From NCBI RefSeq assembly GCF_037042905.1, contig NC_087250.1, forward strand, positions 18,664,001-18,728,000: a DNA stretch of 64,000 nt. The letters run 5' to 3'. The notes under the pieces were generated by a model, which was not told the origin of the DNA, did not search any database, and worked only from the letters and a program-made list of their open reading frames with translations. The translations under genes were made by a program, and so were the position numbers. Origin of the DNA: Lytechinus pictus. Its lineage: Eukaryota. Below are positions 51,201 through 60,600 of the stretch, piece after piece (the stretch's first letter is position 1; each line of letters opens with the position of its first letter).

Positions 51201-51220
51201 GACCAAATTCTACTGCATGA
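29275..51220 (+). CDS. LDL-receptor-related-like single-pass membrane protein, 14 coding exons, ~838 aa (SP-EGF-propeller-LDLa-YWTD propeller-EGF-sushi-TM-tail)
   Basis: Exons 29275-29344, 33573-33683, 34210-34443, 35706-35859, 41124-41251, 42601-42855, 43490-43642, 45067-45291, 46676-46963, 47155-47412, 48425-48535, 49007-49198, 49724-49817, 50977-51220. All junctions GT-AG, phases compatible, total 2517 nt open. No orthologue recognised. Confidence 0.85.
29530..30165. repeat. Compound (CAT)n/(CAC)n/(CCT)n microsatellite with a higher-order ~180-bp duplication
   Basis: Block ...cattgtcatcatcaacgtcactat...cctgctcctcatcctcc... occurs twice (~29630-29810 and ~29810-29990). Confidence 0.95.
30260..31732 (+). 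mobile_element. HINE-like element interrupted by a Tc1-like MITE
   Basis: ttGTCTCGCCTGC, (CGG)n microsatellite, tandem units, GCAGGCGAGAC subterminal inverted repeat. Confidence 0.75.
30685..31502. mobile_element. Tc1/mariner-like MITE, second copy, nested in a Helentron-type element
   Basis: Colinear with 1744-2567; ends tgggacgcactg|ta. Confidence 0.9.
32322..32623. repeat. Perfect 151-bp tandem duplication
   Basis: agaactaaggtttttg...gataaaactaaca at 32322-32472 and 32473-32623. Confidence 0.93.
32801..33382. mobile_element. Kolobok-like MITE with ~190-bp TIRs
   Basis: TTAA|AGGGATGGTCCGGGCTGAAAATATTTATA ... TATAAATATTTTCAGCCCGGACCATCCCT|TTAA. Confidence 0.92.
33573..33683 (+). CDS. LRP-like gene: EGF exon
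   Basis: [36 protein letters not shown]; ttag/gtaagt. Confidence 0.88.
34210..34443 (+). CDS. LRP-like gene: beta-propeller 1, exon a
   Basis: [16 protein letters not shown]...[17 protein letters not shown]...RARRNGSG; alternative in-frame acceptor gives start 34225; donor gtatgt. Confidence 0.87.
34925..35325. mobile_element. Eroded copy of the 41306-41698 MITE
   Basis: Shared internal sequence and right end ggaagcactg. Confidence 0.75.
35706..35859 (+). CDS. LRP-like gene: beta-propeller 1, exon b
   Basis: [25 protein letters not shown]...STVASHPNG; degenerate LDLb/YWTD blades; phase 1-2. Confidence 0.8.
36251..39199 (-). CDS. LINE ORF2: AP endonuclease + reverse transcriptase (~982 aa from first ATG)
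   Basis: APE motifs HINSRS, SETW, YRAP, GDFN, TLIDN, SDH; RT motifs [34 protein letters not shown]. Confidence 0.96.
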   Translation of the reverse strand: MDDGFNIPEPVINECKYINCEDFQCNGENFSVMHINSRSLFKNFEDLAVLLSCINHNFSVIGVSETWFTPSTEVAMFDIPGYSLVQVCRSNKKGDGVACYVREGLDYKLRNDLSTANTYYESVFIELNNANKKSIVGCVYRAPGNDIRSFTDDFDQEMQILSKENKDIYIMGDFNINLLNADTDEKVRDFNNFMCSFGLFSLITKPTRITSSSATLIDNIFTNCVQYQFCSGIFCSDFSDHMPICSINKGNAITSSETKRKVFRRLITEVRMNYFRQDLLNTDWSILYDLFDANVSFNYFSDIFSQLYNEHFPLIECSGKNKCRKPWITPVLLKSIHKKQKLYYAYTKNKNEINRKKYIDYKNTLTNLVRQSKKKYYDNVFRTNQNDVRKTWSHINELLGRGKKTPLPNDMYHNELLLNSDLHKAEYFNKYFIDLPSKISKKIPYVQSLYRDFMSVQNHSSSLYFRPTSVCEISNLVSTLKPSKACGSDDVSPKVIKNCIQCIVDPLCDIFNKSLFQGIVPDKLKIARVVPVFKKNDRKCIENYRPIALLPIFSKILEKIVYKRMDDFLQLHNIMIPQQFGFRKNYSTSMGVLNLVNTIISAIDSGKFCIGVFLDLSKAFDTIDHDILLYKLEHYGVRGVALSWFKNYLTNRCQYVTINGVKSQSKEVKCGVPQGSVLGPLLFLIYVNDIINSSKLFTYSLFADDTCLLSHHKDMETLILSTNNEIENIFKWFCCNKLLLNASKTQYIVFRTRGKRVPEDTNPLSIGGHQISRSQDVRFLGVVVDDHLSWKNHLSYVCTKVSRSVGVIYKLRFSLPQQTLVTLYNAIIMPHLNYCNVAWGNTYRNHLNKLLVLQKKVMRLMTYSNYRCPSIPLFLQLKILPLDDLVSLNCLIFMYKSQSSQNCSFLKDAFVVNSNVHLYNTRQKNLIHQPLARTNTALNSFVIVCTKEWNKLPQNFRSSPTLPIFKNSCRKYLFERLQNILN
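39619..40362 (-). CDS. LINE ORF1: coiled-coil + L1-type RRM/CTD nucleic-acid chaperone (~247 aa)
   Basis: Heptad-rich segment followed by [17 protein letters not shown]...HR.G...PRPILVK...I.EDLT...AW..DG; lies upstream of ORF2 on the same strand. Confidence 0.9.
   Translation of the reverse strand: MPSTRQGSSAGSSLASDFSDVHDIIKKIFCEDDFVSALERSIEKVLSKRQREFEERIERQEGEIHDLQVALNKKEAEIHSITTSMKKLESRVEAYEGKSNELEQYSRRNSVRVFGVPESSTESTDNLVMKVATDRLGCPISKADIERSHRSGKPRSDRKPRPILVKLCSHRVKAALMKDRRKLKGSGISIQEDLTKLNHQILMKLSSHPKVEAAWSTDGRVMAALKTNQEGIQVKRSFSSLQQVSSL
41124..41251 (+). CDS. LRP-like gene: beta-propeller 1, exon c
   Basis: [43 protein letters not shown]; phase 2-1 links the flanking exons. Confidence 0.78.
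41306..41698. mobile_element. hAT-like MITE with perfect 8-bp TSD
   Basis: ctgtctcc|CAGTGCTTCCACT ... AGTGGAAGCACTG|ctgtctcc; eroded copy at ~34925-35325. Confidence 0.9.
42601..42855 (+). CDS. LRP-like gene: beta-propeller 1, exon d
   Basis: [21 protein letters not shown]...[15 protein letters not shown]...PAGIHTYH; cag/gtaaga. Confidence 0.85.
43490..43642 (+). CDS. LRP-like gene: LDL-receptor class A repeat exon
   Basis: [34 protein letters not shown]: canonical CDG..DC.D.SDE..C. Confidence 0.93.
44154..44618. mobile_element. ~460-bp TIR element (GGT.TCACG...CATGGCACC), nested in a Harbinger-like MITE cluster (~44048-45002)
   Basis: Colinear with 56966-57425; flanks tcga / taga. Confidence 0.8.
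45067..45291 (+). CDS. LRP-like gene: YWTD propeller 2, exon a
   Basis: PLMFLT...[34 protein letters not shown]. Confidence 0.92.
45323..45480. mobile_element. Short Harbinger-like MITE
   Basis: CTGGGCCCCATT ... AATGGGGCCCAG with internal inverted gtaactt / aagttac. Confidence 0.65.
46676..46963 (+). CDS. LRP-like gene: YWTD propeller 2, exon b
   Basis: [17 protein letters not shown]...PRAIIV...LYWTDWG...GWPNGITYD: canonical LDLb repeats. Confidence 0.95.
47155..47412 (+). CDS. LRP-like gene: YWTD propeller 2, exon c
   Basis: [20 protein letters not shown]...[17 protein letters not shown]; donor gtgagt. Confidence 0.93.
48091..48157. repeat. Perfect palindrome, 33-bp arms with 1-nt spacer
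   Basis: ttctgcgcatgatcagaaggtcatttgtactaa-a-ttagtacaaatgaccttctgatcatgcgcagaa. Confidence 0.95.
48425..48535 (+). CDS. LRP-like gene: second EGF exon
   Basis: [36 protein letters not shown]; absent from the ORF track, read directly. Confidence 0.88.
49007..49198 (+). CDS. LRP-like gene: sushi/CCP domain exon
   Basis: VTCDSP...[12 protein letters not shown]...[10 protein letters not shown]......C: 4 Cys plus Trp in CCP spacing. Confidence 0.82.
49724..49817 (+). CDS. LRP-like gene: transmembrane exon
   Basis: [32 protein letters not shown]; phase 1-2, donor gtaaga. Confidence 0.85.
49915..50768 (+). mobile_element. Complete HINE-like element in the last intron of the LRP-like gene
   Basis: 5' GTCTCGCCTGCA plus a local inverted copy (gcagagcgagac), cgacggcgacggcg microsatellite, ~4 tandem units, 3' TGCAGGCGAGAC plus gcc-aga-ggc mini-hairpin; T-rich flanks. 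Confidence 0.78.
50977..51220 (+). CDS. LRP-like gene: terminal exon, Tyr-rich cytoplasmic tail
   Basis: ttttctgcag| CMTQRDQSP...DYHYYSGL...[11 protein letters not shown]...[13 protein letters not shown]; phase 2 matches the TM exon. Confidence 0.82.
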
Positions 51221-51300
51221 ATCAGATGATTTTTGTTTATGTAGTGTCGTTTCCTATAAAATATAATTATACCTAATAAGCTTAAAATTTGGAGAATGGA

Positions 51301-51516
51301 GATTTGGTGGAGATTGCTTTACTTGATTGCTAAGAAAGCATGCATGAAAGCTTGTAAGCAAGCTAGAAACCACAGGATCGACGGCTTGAGGTCCTCTACG
51401 AGGGACCTGGTAATGAGGATTTATGCCTTGCCAAAGGGTACTAGCCCACCAAGTGGAAATCGAACACGGGTCACAGGAATCCGAAACCCCTGCTCTACCG
51501 AACGAGCTACCGCGCC
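51301..51516 (-). mobile_element. tRNA-derived SINE, second copy, antisense just after the LRP-like stop codon
   Basis: TAGCTCGTTCGG / GTTCGATTTCC boxes; body colinear with 26676-26888. Confidence 0.85.
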
Positions 51517-52745
51517 TTATAAAACAATGATTCATGCACTGTAACAAAGATTATATGGCTTGTAACGAAAGTCAACCGTCTGCCCTCGACTACAAACAAA
51601 GGCAGCTTGTGATGTGCAGGATCATTACTTGGGATTTTTGTCACATCAGTATGGATTCTGGATATGGGCGTGTGTGGGTGCGAGGGTGTGTGTGCATGTG
51701 TGTACAGGGATTTTATAAAAAGGTAAACGAAGTTCAAAGATCAGCCATATAAGAATACAGCATTTATTCTGATGATTTCTATTTTATATAACTGAGTAAC
51801 TCATCAAGTCTGATTTGACACATTGCTTGCGTCTTAATTGCCACGGGTCAGAGAGCTACGGTCTTTCGTAGGCGGAGGGTACAAAGCCTATACCTTATCC
51901 ATGCCTTGGGATTTTAATTTACATGCACTACTTGGGTTTTGGTTTCATGAAAGTGTTTTTTCTTCAAATATCATAAAAATATTCTCCCTTCTGCAATTTT
52001 TTTTTCGAATGAATGTCACATAACTGTTATTTTGTTTGAATTTGGTTGAGCACATCTTGGTGACTTGCAGGTACATGTTTGGCACGAGATAGATGTTCTT
52101 CATCACAATCCTGTAATGGTTACAAAATCAATGCAAGACATAGAATGTCGACAAAATCGTTAAAGGTGCTGGTGCAAAAGGTATGGATTAATGCTTTCAA
52201 CAGAGATTGAAGCAAAACGGTTGATACATGTATGTAAATGCGAGTCACTCACAAAAATTTAACACAGGGAATAGCATTTCAATTAAATTTGAAGGGAAAA
52301 CTCTGATGAAACCCAAGCCTTGCATATTTCGTGCATGAACATTAAGACCCCAAAACCTGGAAAAGGTAGGTTTTGTACCATTCGCCTTCGAACGACCATA
52401 ACTCTATGACCAGTGACAATTGTGACGCAAGCAAGGTGTCAAATTAAATTTGACGAGCTATTTAGTTATATAAAATAAAAATCATAAGAATAAATTATGT
52501 ATTCTTGATATGTCTGACCTTTGAACTTTGGTTACCTTTTTTTTAAGAAACACCCTGTATATATATTCAACAAGATCTATGTGTTTGATGGTGTGTGTGT
52601 GGGCGTGTGTGTATATATATATATTTAAATATGAATTTATTTTACAATCGGTAATTGTTTTCTGTACTTTACTTTCGTATCAGTTTGATTCATTGAAATC
52701 TGTACCATCGATGCAGTGCTTATTTAACATTTTGTTTGGGTCCTT

Positions 52746-53243
52746 TTTGTCTCACCTGAACGAGGTTCGGTAGAAACCTAGTAATCGCTTTTCCTATTGG
52801 TTTGTTAGTTTTCGATATTTTTTGTTCAACTTGCCCTCATTTCTTTACTGCTGCATCAATTATATTGACATTTCGTGCACATCATCCTAGGTTAATACCA
52901 CATGTGTGTCTTTGAGCGTGATGGGGTCAAAGGTCATCTAGGGGTAAAAAGGTCAAGTATTTTTTTATTATTCTCATTTCATTATTCCTACATTTTGTGA
53001 TACCACATGTGTGTTCTTGAGGGTGACGGAGTTAAAGGTCGTCTAGGGGTCAAAAGGCATTTTTTTTGTTCAAATTGCTCCAATTTCTTTATTTTTGCAT
53101 CAATTACGTTTACACTTGGTACAACTAACAATTGGGTAATACTACACGTTTGTCAATGAGGATGGTAAGATCAAAAGATCATATTGCATGTTTTATCGAT
53201 CGCGATATCAGGCGAGACTCGTGGTTCGTGAACCACCTTGTTT
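52746..53243 (+). mobile_element. Related HINE-like element (different family)
   Basis: ttGTCTCaCCTG ... CAGGCGAGAC followed by a gtggttc-gt-gaaccac hairpin; internal ggggtcaaaggtca repeats. Confidence 0.65.
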
Positions 53244-54112
53244 TCGGATCTGACAGCTTTGATTTTGATTGGCTGAGTAGCACCGTAAATAAGGTAACTG
53301 TCTGATAAAACAGGACTTGTTGGATATAACATGTATACCGTCCGACAAGTCTTTCATGAAATGCTCCCATTTAACAAAGACATAAACATGATTGGGCAAT
53401 TTTATAACAAATTTACTATCAGCCAATCGGATTGAAGTAATTCAGTAGCGTTTAACTGCTATTGCAAATTTGTTATTATGATAAGTTTTATGAAACGGGC
53501 CTCGTCTTTCTTTTTCACAATCGGAGCATTACCCAATTTTGAGCACTTCATTTCTTTGTATTGTATTTATTGTAGTGTGTATGTGTTTTCAGGCGTATCC
53601 CGCCTCAAACTTTTGCTTTTAGGGACTTACGCATTCGTTTTAATAAACATAACTTTTATATTATCCATATTCTTAATAGCAAATTAATTTTGTATGAATT
53701 TGGGTTTGCACAAGTGAAGAATCATGTGCAACTGAATAAAAGGAAATTAATGTGTATATGAGTGAATTTAGTAATTCACGGAGATTCAACTGAAGGCAGG
53801 TAGCAGGCGGAGAACGAGTTCAAGTCGCTGCTGCTGATGGTAATGTTTGTGAGTGTATGATTTTGAGAGTTGTTTGAATCAAATGTTTATTTAGTGTGTG
53901 CATTGTTTGAAAATGTTTGAAAACAACTGGAAGGTCTTTGTAGAAAATTGGTGAACCGGAGCATCCATTTTGGCCCTACGTTTCTGAGCAGACGAATAAT
54001 TGAAAATATGTCGATTACGAAATAGTTGTTTCGATTCACCAATCTTCGACAAAGACCATTTATCATGAAGGGCATTTGCTACAACTCCCTATTGTTCCTC
54101 CATCCACTCACA

Positions 54113-54494
54113 ACCCATTTACACATGGGCCGGTTTCATCGAGACGGCCTCACGCCGGCGTCAAGCCTTCTAATTTTTTTTTAAAGTGTGGTTACCATCA
54201 TGGAGCTAATAGTTCTTTGGTCAGATCTCCTTATGTTAATAGCTCTATGTTACCATGGCGTCACAACCATGGCGTCACCACCACCCATACGGCGGCCTGC
54301 GCTTCCTGGCTACTTACAAGCGCAATTCAAAAGCTAGGTCGATGACTCAAAGGCGACCTCAAACCATCTCAAGAGGAGGACAGAAATCGGGGCGGCTTCA
54401 ATGCGGCGTCAGTTCACATGTGTGTTTACACATACGTTTAGGGCGGCGTGAGGCCGGTCTCACGCCGCCTTCACTCGTATGTGTAAATGGGGTC
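54113..54494. mobile_element. GC-rich MITE (Harbinger-like)
   Basis: CCCATTTACACAT ... ATGTGTAAATGGG termini with internal ggcgtgag/ctcacgcc palindromes. Confidence 0.65.
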
Positions 54495-56965
54495 TAAAAC
54501 CGGGGAGAAAGATTGTTTTGCCATAGTAATGTAAAAAAATGAAAAATCAAACACAGCTTTCAAAAAATGATGGAAGCTTATTAATGAAATCTTTTTTTTT
54601 GGGAGAATATTTTAACATTCTAAATATAATTGGCACACCAAACACAAATCTTGTTTAATATGATTGTGAATGTGTTCTTCAATTTTTCAGAATGAAAGCA
54701 TAAGACCTCAATATTTGTATTTGCTGGATTGTTTGCTGGTATTTATTCTCAGGAGTTTCTTTTTATTTATTTAATCTGATTGCTAAATCTGCGATTCGAG
54801 CATTGAAAACGAGATGAGTTCTCTTTTCATCAACATTATACGTTTCTCATTTCGTTAGCTTTGTTTTGCTTTTATTACTGCGCTCAAAATAATACAAAAC
54901 ATTATCTTAATTTTGTTTACATTATGCAATATACAAAATAGTCCATAATATAAAAAATATAGTCATAATACATAATGAATACAAAATAGCAATATGAGCA
55001 TAAATTTCACTATAACAAAAACATTAATTAACGAGCTAGACATAGCTATATCCCTGATGGAAAGAACACTGTGTCACGCAGTGTGTTCACAATGTGGACT
55101 GTGTGGAAATATCATTCACTGTTAAAATGTACACAGTGTGAAAAATATGTTCCCATTGTTGACATAGACAGTGTGACTGTTCACAGTGTGTTCACATGGT
55201 CAAATAAGTAAATCTATGATTCACAATGTTAAATACCAAAATCTAGCAGTGTGAAAGTGTGAAGGTGATTGAATTCATCTTTATTCCACTTCCATTCAAA
55301 ACATAATACAAAGTAATATAAAGTTACAAATCAAATACAATTCTGTTTGTTTATTTATTTTCCATAATCATATAAAAACAGTTCATTGCAATACAAATTA
55401 AATACATGCAATAATATACATTCATAAAAGTAAAATACATATTAACAGTTTACAGAATGCCTTTCAACGAGAACAAGAAAGGGTAATACATGCTAAATTA
55501 TTTGAAAATGAAAAAAGTGAAACTAAAATAAGGACATGTGGCCCTGTAAAATAAGTTCCCTTATATCTACATGTATATCTACTACAATAAAATATATTAT
55601 GTGTTACTGAAAGACACGTTTTCCAAAAAAGAAACAAAAATGAAATGACGAGCATTCTTACTTCGTAAAACAACAAAAAAGTATACTATTGAGCATAAAT
55701 GGAAATGAGGGGGGTCCACTAAAAAGCAAGGCTTGTAAAGTGTGGATCCACTTGGAAATGAAGAAAATATAATCGACTTATTCATATATGCGTTCATATA
55801 CAGGAAATAAAAAAGAGAAGTGATTACACACTATGTTCCACAATATGAACACACTGTACAAACACTAAGGGGCGCTGTGTTCTTTACAGAAGGGAAAGAG
55901 GATTACTTTGAGTGATGAGAATTAGGCTTGTGGAGACTCAGAATCGAACATACAAAAATTAAGATTTCAACATTTTCTTTTCATAAATCACTAAATGTAA
56001 TCAATACGGACATGAATATATACATGTATATTACCCTTGAGGCCAAAAATAACCTAAATTGAAATTCTACAAAAAAATCATTTACTAGTTCGACAAGTGT
56101 TAGAAAACAATATAAACTTAGCAAGCTACTGTTAACTATGTGATTGGTTCGATATGATTTGTTTTATTATTTTCTTCTATATTTATAACATTCGTATATA
56201 ATGCATTTTCCATTAACATAACAAACAAAATATTTTGGTTGCTGTTTTTTTTTGCATCAATCATAGAGAAAAAAGTGGACTAAATAAAATGTCATTCTAA
56301 ACAAATATGAAGAAATGAAGAAATAGAGAATGCAAAAATATTGCTGACAAAAAATACAATATCGATATAGTCAACGGGTAACTTGAAAAAAATAAAATAA
56401 ATTTAAAATATCCACCAAAGAGTAAAAAACAGCCTTATTTACAAGCTCTGCTTTCCGTTTGTTCCTCACAAATGAATTTTAGCGATTTGGGATTTTATCT
56501 TTATATACATTATGTATGTTTGAAAATTAGAAAAATAATATCATTTTGAATTGAATTGACTATCCGTTGGCAAGGTAACCTGTTCATCAAACTGGGACCA
56601 TTGTAAATAATCTTCAAAATAGCCAATGTGATGGTGAATGCATGCAGTGGCGTACCGTGGTTCACGGCATTGGGGGGGGGGCACCAGAAAAAAATGAGTC
56701 ACTTAGTGTGCGCGCGAAGCGCGCTCCATTGCCAGATATACTGACCTAGTAGAGACAATTTAAGGACTGTGCCATTAAACGGAAGAGTATCTCACTGATC
56801 AAATAATACGAGGACTAATTCTACATGTAAGTAATTTAAGAAGACCAGTATAAATGTTCAGTGAATGCAAGTGCGTCTTTTAATTTTTCCCTTTAAAAAT
56901 CGTCCCCTTGTACTTGGTTTCTCCAGCTGGAAGAGTCATTGTCTCCACGGGAATATCTGACTTCA

Positions 56966-57425
56966 GGTGTCACGCGCGTAAAACATTCCCCATAGACTTG
57001 TGTGTCAATTGTGTGGCATTTTAAAAAATCCTTCAAAAATAAACGTGAAATTAGAAGGTCGAATTTTTACTACCAATGGAGAGGATGTATATCTCACATT
57101 CCATATCTGACCAGAAAGGAGTATTGTAGCCAGCTCATTTTAAAAATAAATCGCCATTTATGAAGATATCTGTATGATGGGATTAAATTTATCAACTGAC
57201 ACAAGTCCTAATTCTTCCGCCAGTCAAAAAATAGTTCCAAAGTCATTGATATATCTTCTCAATTTGGGCAAATGAGGTTCAGTAGTTAAAATTTATAGAA
57301 TCAGTGTTAGATTTTCAATCAAATTCTTATACTTTTGTCAATCAGCAATATCAAATCGAAAAAAATGAATGGGTTGGGTCGACGAATATCTTTAGCCTTC
57401 CTGTTGTAATTAGGCTCATGGAACC
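56966..57425. mobile_element. ~460-bp TIR element with TTCA TSD, inserted in the PTP last exon
   Basis: TTCA|GGTGTCACG ... CATGGAACC|TTCA; second copy at 44154-44618. Confidence 0.88.
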
Positions 57426-57628
57426 TTCAGTGGGGTATATAATTTATTGGGAGTGCCCTCTTGCAGTTGTGCGTAGACATGCTCGCTCTGAACGGATCCC
57501 GGAGCCGTAGGGGATTCAGCACACGTGTAAGTGTGATCGCTAGGCGAGACCTCGGGACCTATCGGTTGCTCGTACTCATTTCCTCGAAGATATTCTTTGA
57601 TCAGGTCGTAGATGAACGAATATTCTTC
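57416..57628 (-). CDS. PTP terminal exon (stop codon supplied by an inserted transposon)
   Basis: EEYSFIYDLIKEYLRGNEYEQP...HVYAQL...KLYTPLKVP*; acceptor tataatgcag. Confidence 0.85.
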   Translation of the reverse strand, partial: EEYSFIYDLIKEYLRGNEYEQPIGPEVSPSDHTYTCAESPTAPGSVQSEHVYAQLQEGTPNKLYTPLKVP

Positions 57629-60600
57629 CTGCATTATAAGAAGTAAATAGAATGCGCATAAATCAGCAACCCTCACAAATAATACAAAAGCCGGTCAATG
57701 TCGCACAAACACTCACATGGACCCAAACTCACTCACGTGAAACCCCATCACACGCTGGGTATATGATCATATACGCTGACCCCCAAAAATGGTTGCCTAT
57801 ATATGCCTATGTTTTCACACTTACAGCTTATCCATGCTTTCGTTCTGACACAGTCCTAAATACTGTTACGATGTAATATATATATATATAATAGAGCAAC
57901 TAAAGATCAGGTTCTGAATGTCTTTATTATGAATACAAAACAAATTATCCCACAAATACATCAGTGGGTTAAAGAGACGTCGCACACTGAGTGGGCCGGG
58001 GTGAAACAAAATTGCGCCAAAAGTCATTTTGGGCAATTTCAGATTTTCAATGCCCAGCTGAAAGATAAAACTTTGAAGAATATTTCAGCAAAATATTTCA
58101 TTCAGGAATTTTCAAAAAGGTTGTTAATTTCAATTCGTAAAATGTGACATTTTGCGAAATGTCGCGTTTATGACAACCTAGTTGAAAAACAGGCCATTTC
58201 ACAAAAGGTTTTTATTTAGGAATCTGAAAAAGCTCCAACATAATCCTGATATTTTCTTTTTTTCGTGTGAAAGGGTTTAAAGTAGATAAAAGACACATTT
58301 CAGGAGGTTTATACGATGATTATTCCTCGAAACAGGCTGAAAATCCATGTTTTTGCATTTACATTAGAAACGTTAAGATTTCCGTGGATTTCCGTCTAAA
58401 TTCTATAAGCACCATTTTTTCCGATGTCTAAGCTTTAAGTCGATACCAAATATAGCTGCCCGTTTTTGCCCGTTTTCATGTTAGAGCCGATTTAACTTGA
58501 CACAACACCCCAAAAACCTGTTAAAAACGGTCATTTTTATACCGCGCAGTCATCGTAGCGCACCGTAAGGGTGTAGATTTCCGTTCGCTTTTGCACGGCG
58601 AGGACGATTCCCCTTCCATTCCACGAAAATGACATGATTTCCGGGCATAATGTAAACAAAATAAAGGTTGCTTATGCAAATAAGGGCTATACCAACAACT
58701 CTTCCAGAGATATATATAGGTCATATTATTTCTCATGTTACCTTGACTGGACCTCTAGGAAGAACAGAGCCATTATATCAATGGCTCTGAATAGAGTGAT
58801 ACATCCGTATATTTTTATGTGCATGTTTATATATTCATATTTAATCTAATATCTTTTGAAATGTATTTTGTGATTTTTATACGGTAAATAAAACCAAACC
58901 AAACCAAACCAAAGATAAAACTTACTTGTAGAATAATTTTGACAAAAACCCTCCTCATAGATTCGTGTTGTTATATACGTTTTACACAAGTCAAGTGCAC
59001 AGCCGTTGATAAAAAACGGTTTATATTTTTCATATTTTGAAGTTCTTTTTAATAAATCTAATTAATGATCATTTTGATGCAATAAAATTATTTTTGGTAT
59101 CACATACACACTTTTTAGGCATGTGAGAATAAAACGAACATTCACTCTGGTCAATCTTTAAGTAGCACATACCACAAAGTTTACATGCTAATTTAAATAA
59201 TTTGTCTTTTCACTGAGGTTTTAAGTAGCCAATCAAAATTTGGTATCAAGGTGACGTCATTAAAGGTGACGGCTTTAAATTACATGTATGTTCAGTCGAT
59301 TCTCCGCCCGAAATTACCCATGATCAACATTTTAAAGTAAAAATCTAGCACGGAATATAATTTTGACGCACTTTCAACTCATCCTGGCCCACGCGTCGGT
59401 TAGGTTATATTCCGTTTACATTGTACATGTATATCCAAATGGTGGCGATGATGAAATTGATGTTGAGTTGCGATCGGCGATCACATTCACTTACTTAAGG
59501 CCTGGTCACACCGCCCGAGACTTGTTGGAGCGGTCGTGGAGAGAAAAAATAATCACCGCTCGCTACCGTTCACCACCGTTTAACCAAAGTTGGCCTCCGT
59601 TAAGGCAACGCCGAATACGCTCGGCCACCGCTGATGGTCCCTCCTACCGCTCCGAAAATTTTGAGCTGCTCAAAATATTGCGAGCGGTGAGGAGCGGACA
59701 ATTTCCCGCTCCAGCTAAGTTGGCTACCGCTCTAACAACGCCCAGTCAAAGTTTGGCACCGCTAGATGAAAGTTCGTGAACGCTAGGCCAACGCAGAAAT
59801 CTTGAACGCTGGACAACCGCTGCTTCGCCAGCGTTGCCCGGCCGGTTATATAACGGTTCATTAACTTTGGTGGAGCGGTGTAAGCGTTTTCCAAGCGGAC
59901 ACGGGATTGCTGGAACGGTGCATTCATCCATTCATTGTTAAATAATAGCAATGAAGGGATGTATTTTTGTCTACCAGAGTAATTGTGGCGAGTACAATAA
60001 GTAGCTGCATAAAAATTACACTCTCTTTGTCATCATGATCATAGTGTTTTCGATGTTTTCTATTTTTCCCCAATTTTGACGGTGACGAGCGTTGTCGAAA
60101 TTCGACCCTCTCTCCCTTTCGCTCCAGGACCGCTCCAACAACGCGCGGGCGGTGTGACCAGGCCTTTAGCTAAAAAAGTCCGTGAAGACAAAGTAGATAA
60201 TGAAAAACAGTCGATATCACAATCAATGGGTTAAATTTCCCTAGAACGGATTAATGATCTTGATGAGAATAGAGAATTCCTCTCTAAAAATAGTTGCAAA
60301 CATTCCATCGATGACTTGCGAATAATTCCACAGAGGTTAATGTTGTATTCCACATTAAGGTGAACTATCCACGAACATAAAGTCTGAGCTCTGAAAGTCT
60401 AAATCCCAAGTTCTGATATCCTTGACTTCCAAGCCTTTATGCTAACTGCCCACTAGCGTACCTACGGGGGGCCGTCTGCCCCCCCCCCCCCTGACGAACC
60501 ACAACCCATGCAAAGGACGAGCTTAAAAAAAACTTTTTTGCCCCCCCCCCCCTGACGAGCTTGAAGACCTTTTTTTGTCAAATTGTTTGGTAGACAGTTC

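Noticed and set aside
55052..55894. CCC-terminated element with cacagtgtg repeats
   Set aside because: The TIR match is weak (ccctgatggaaagaacac vs cccttctgtaaagaacac) and no TSD was resolved; probably an old MITE.
59363..59779. 138-aa ORF
   Set aside because: Runs into a GC-rich MITE; no transposase or other motif; antisense within a PTP intron.
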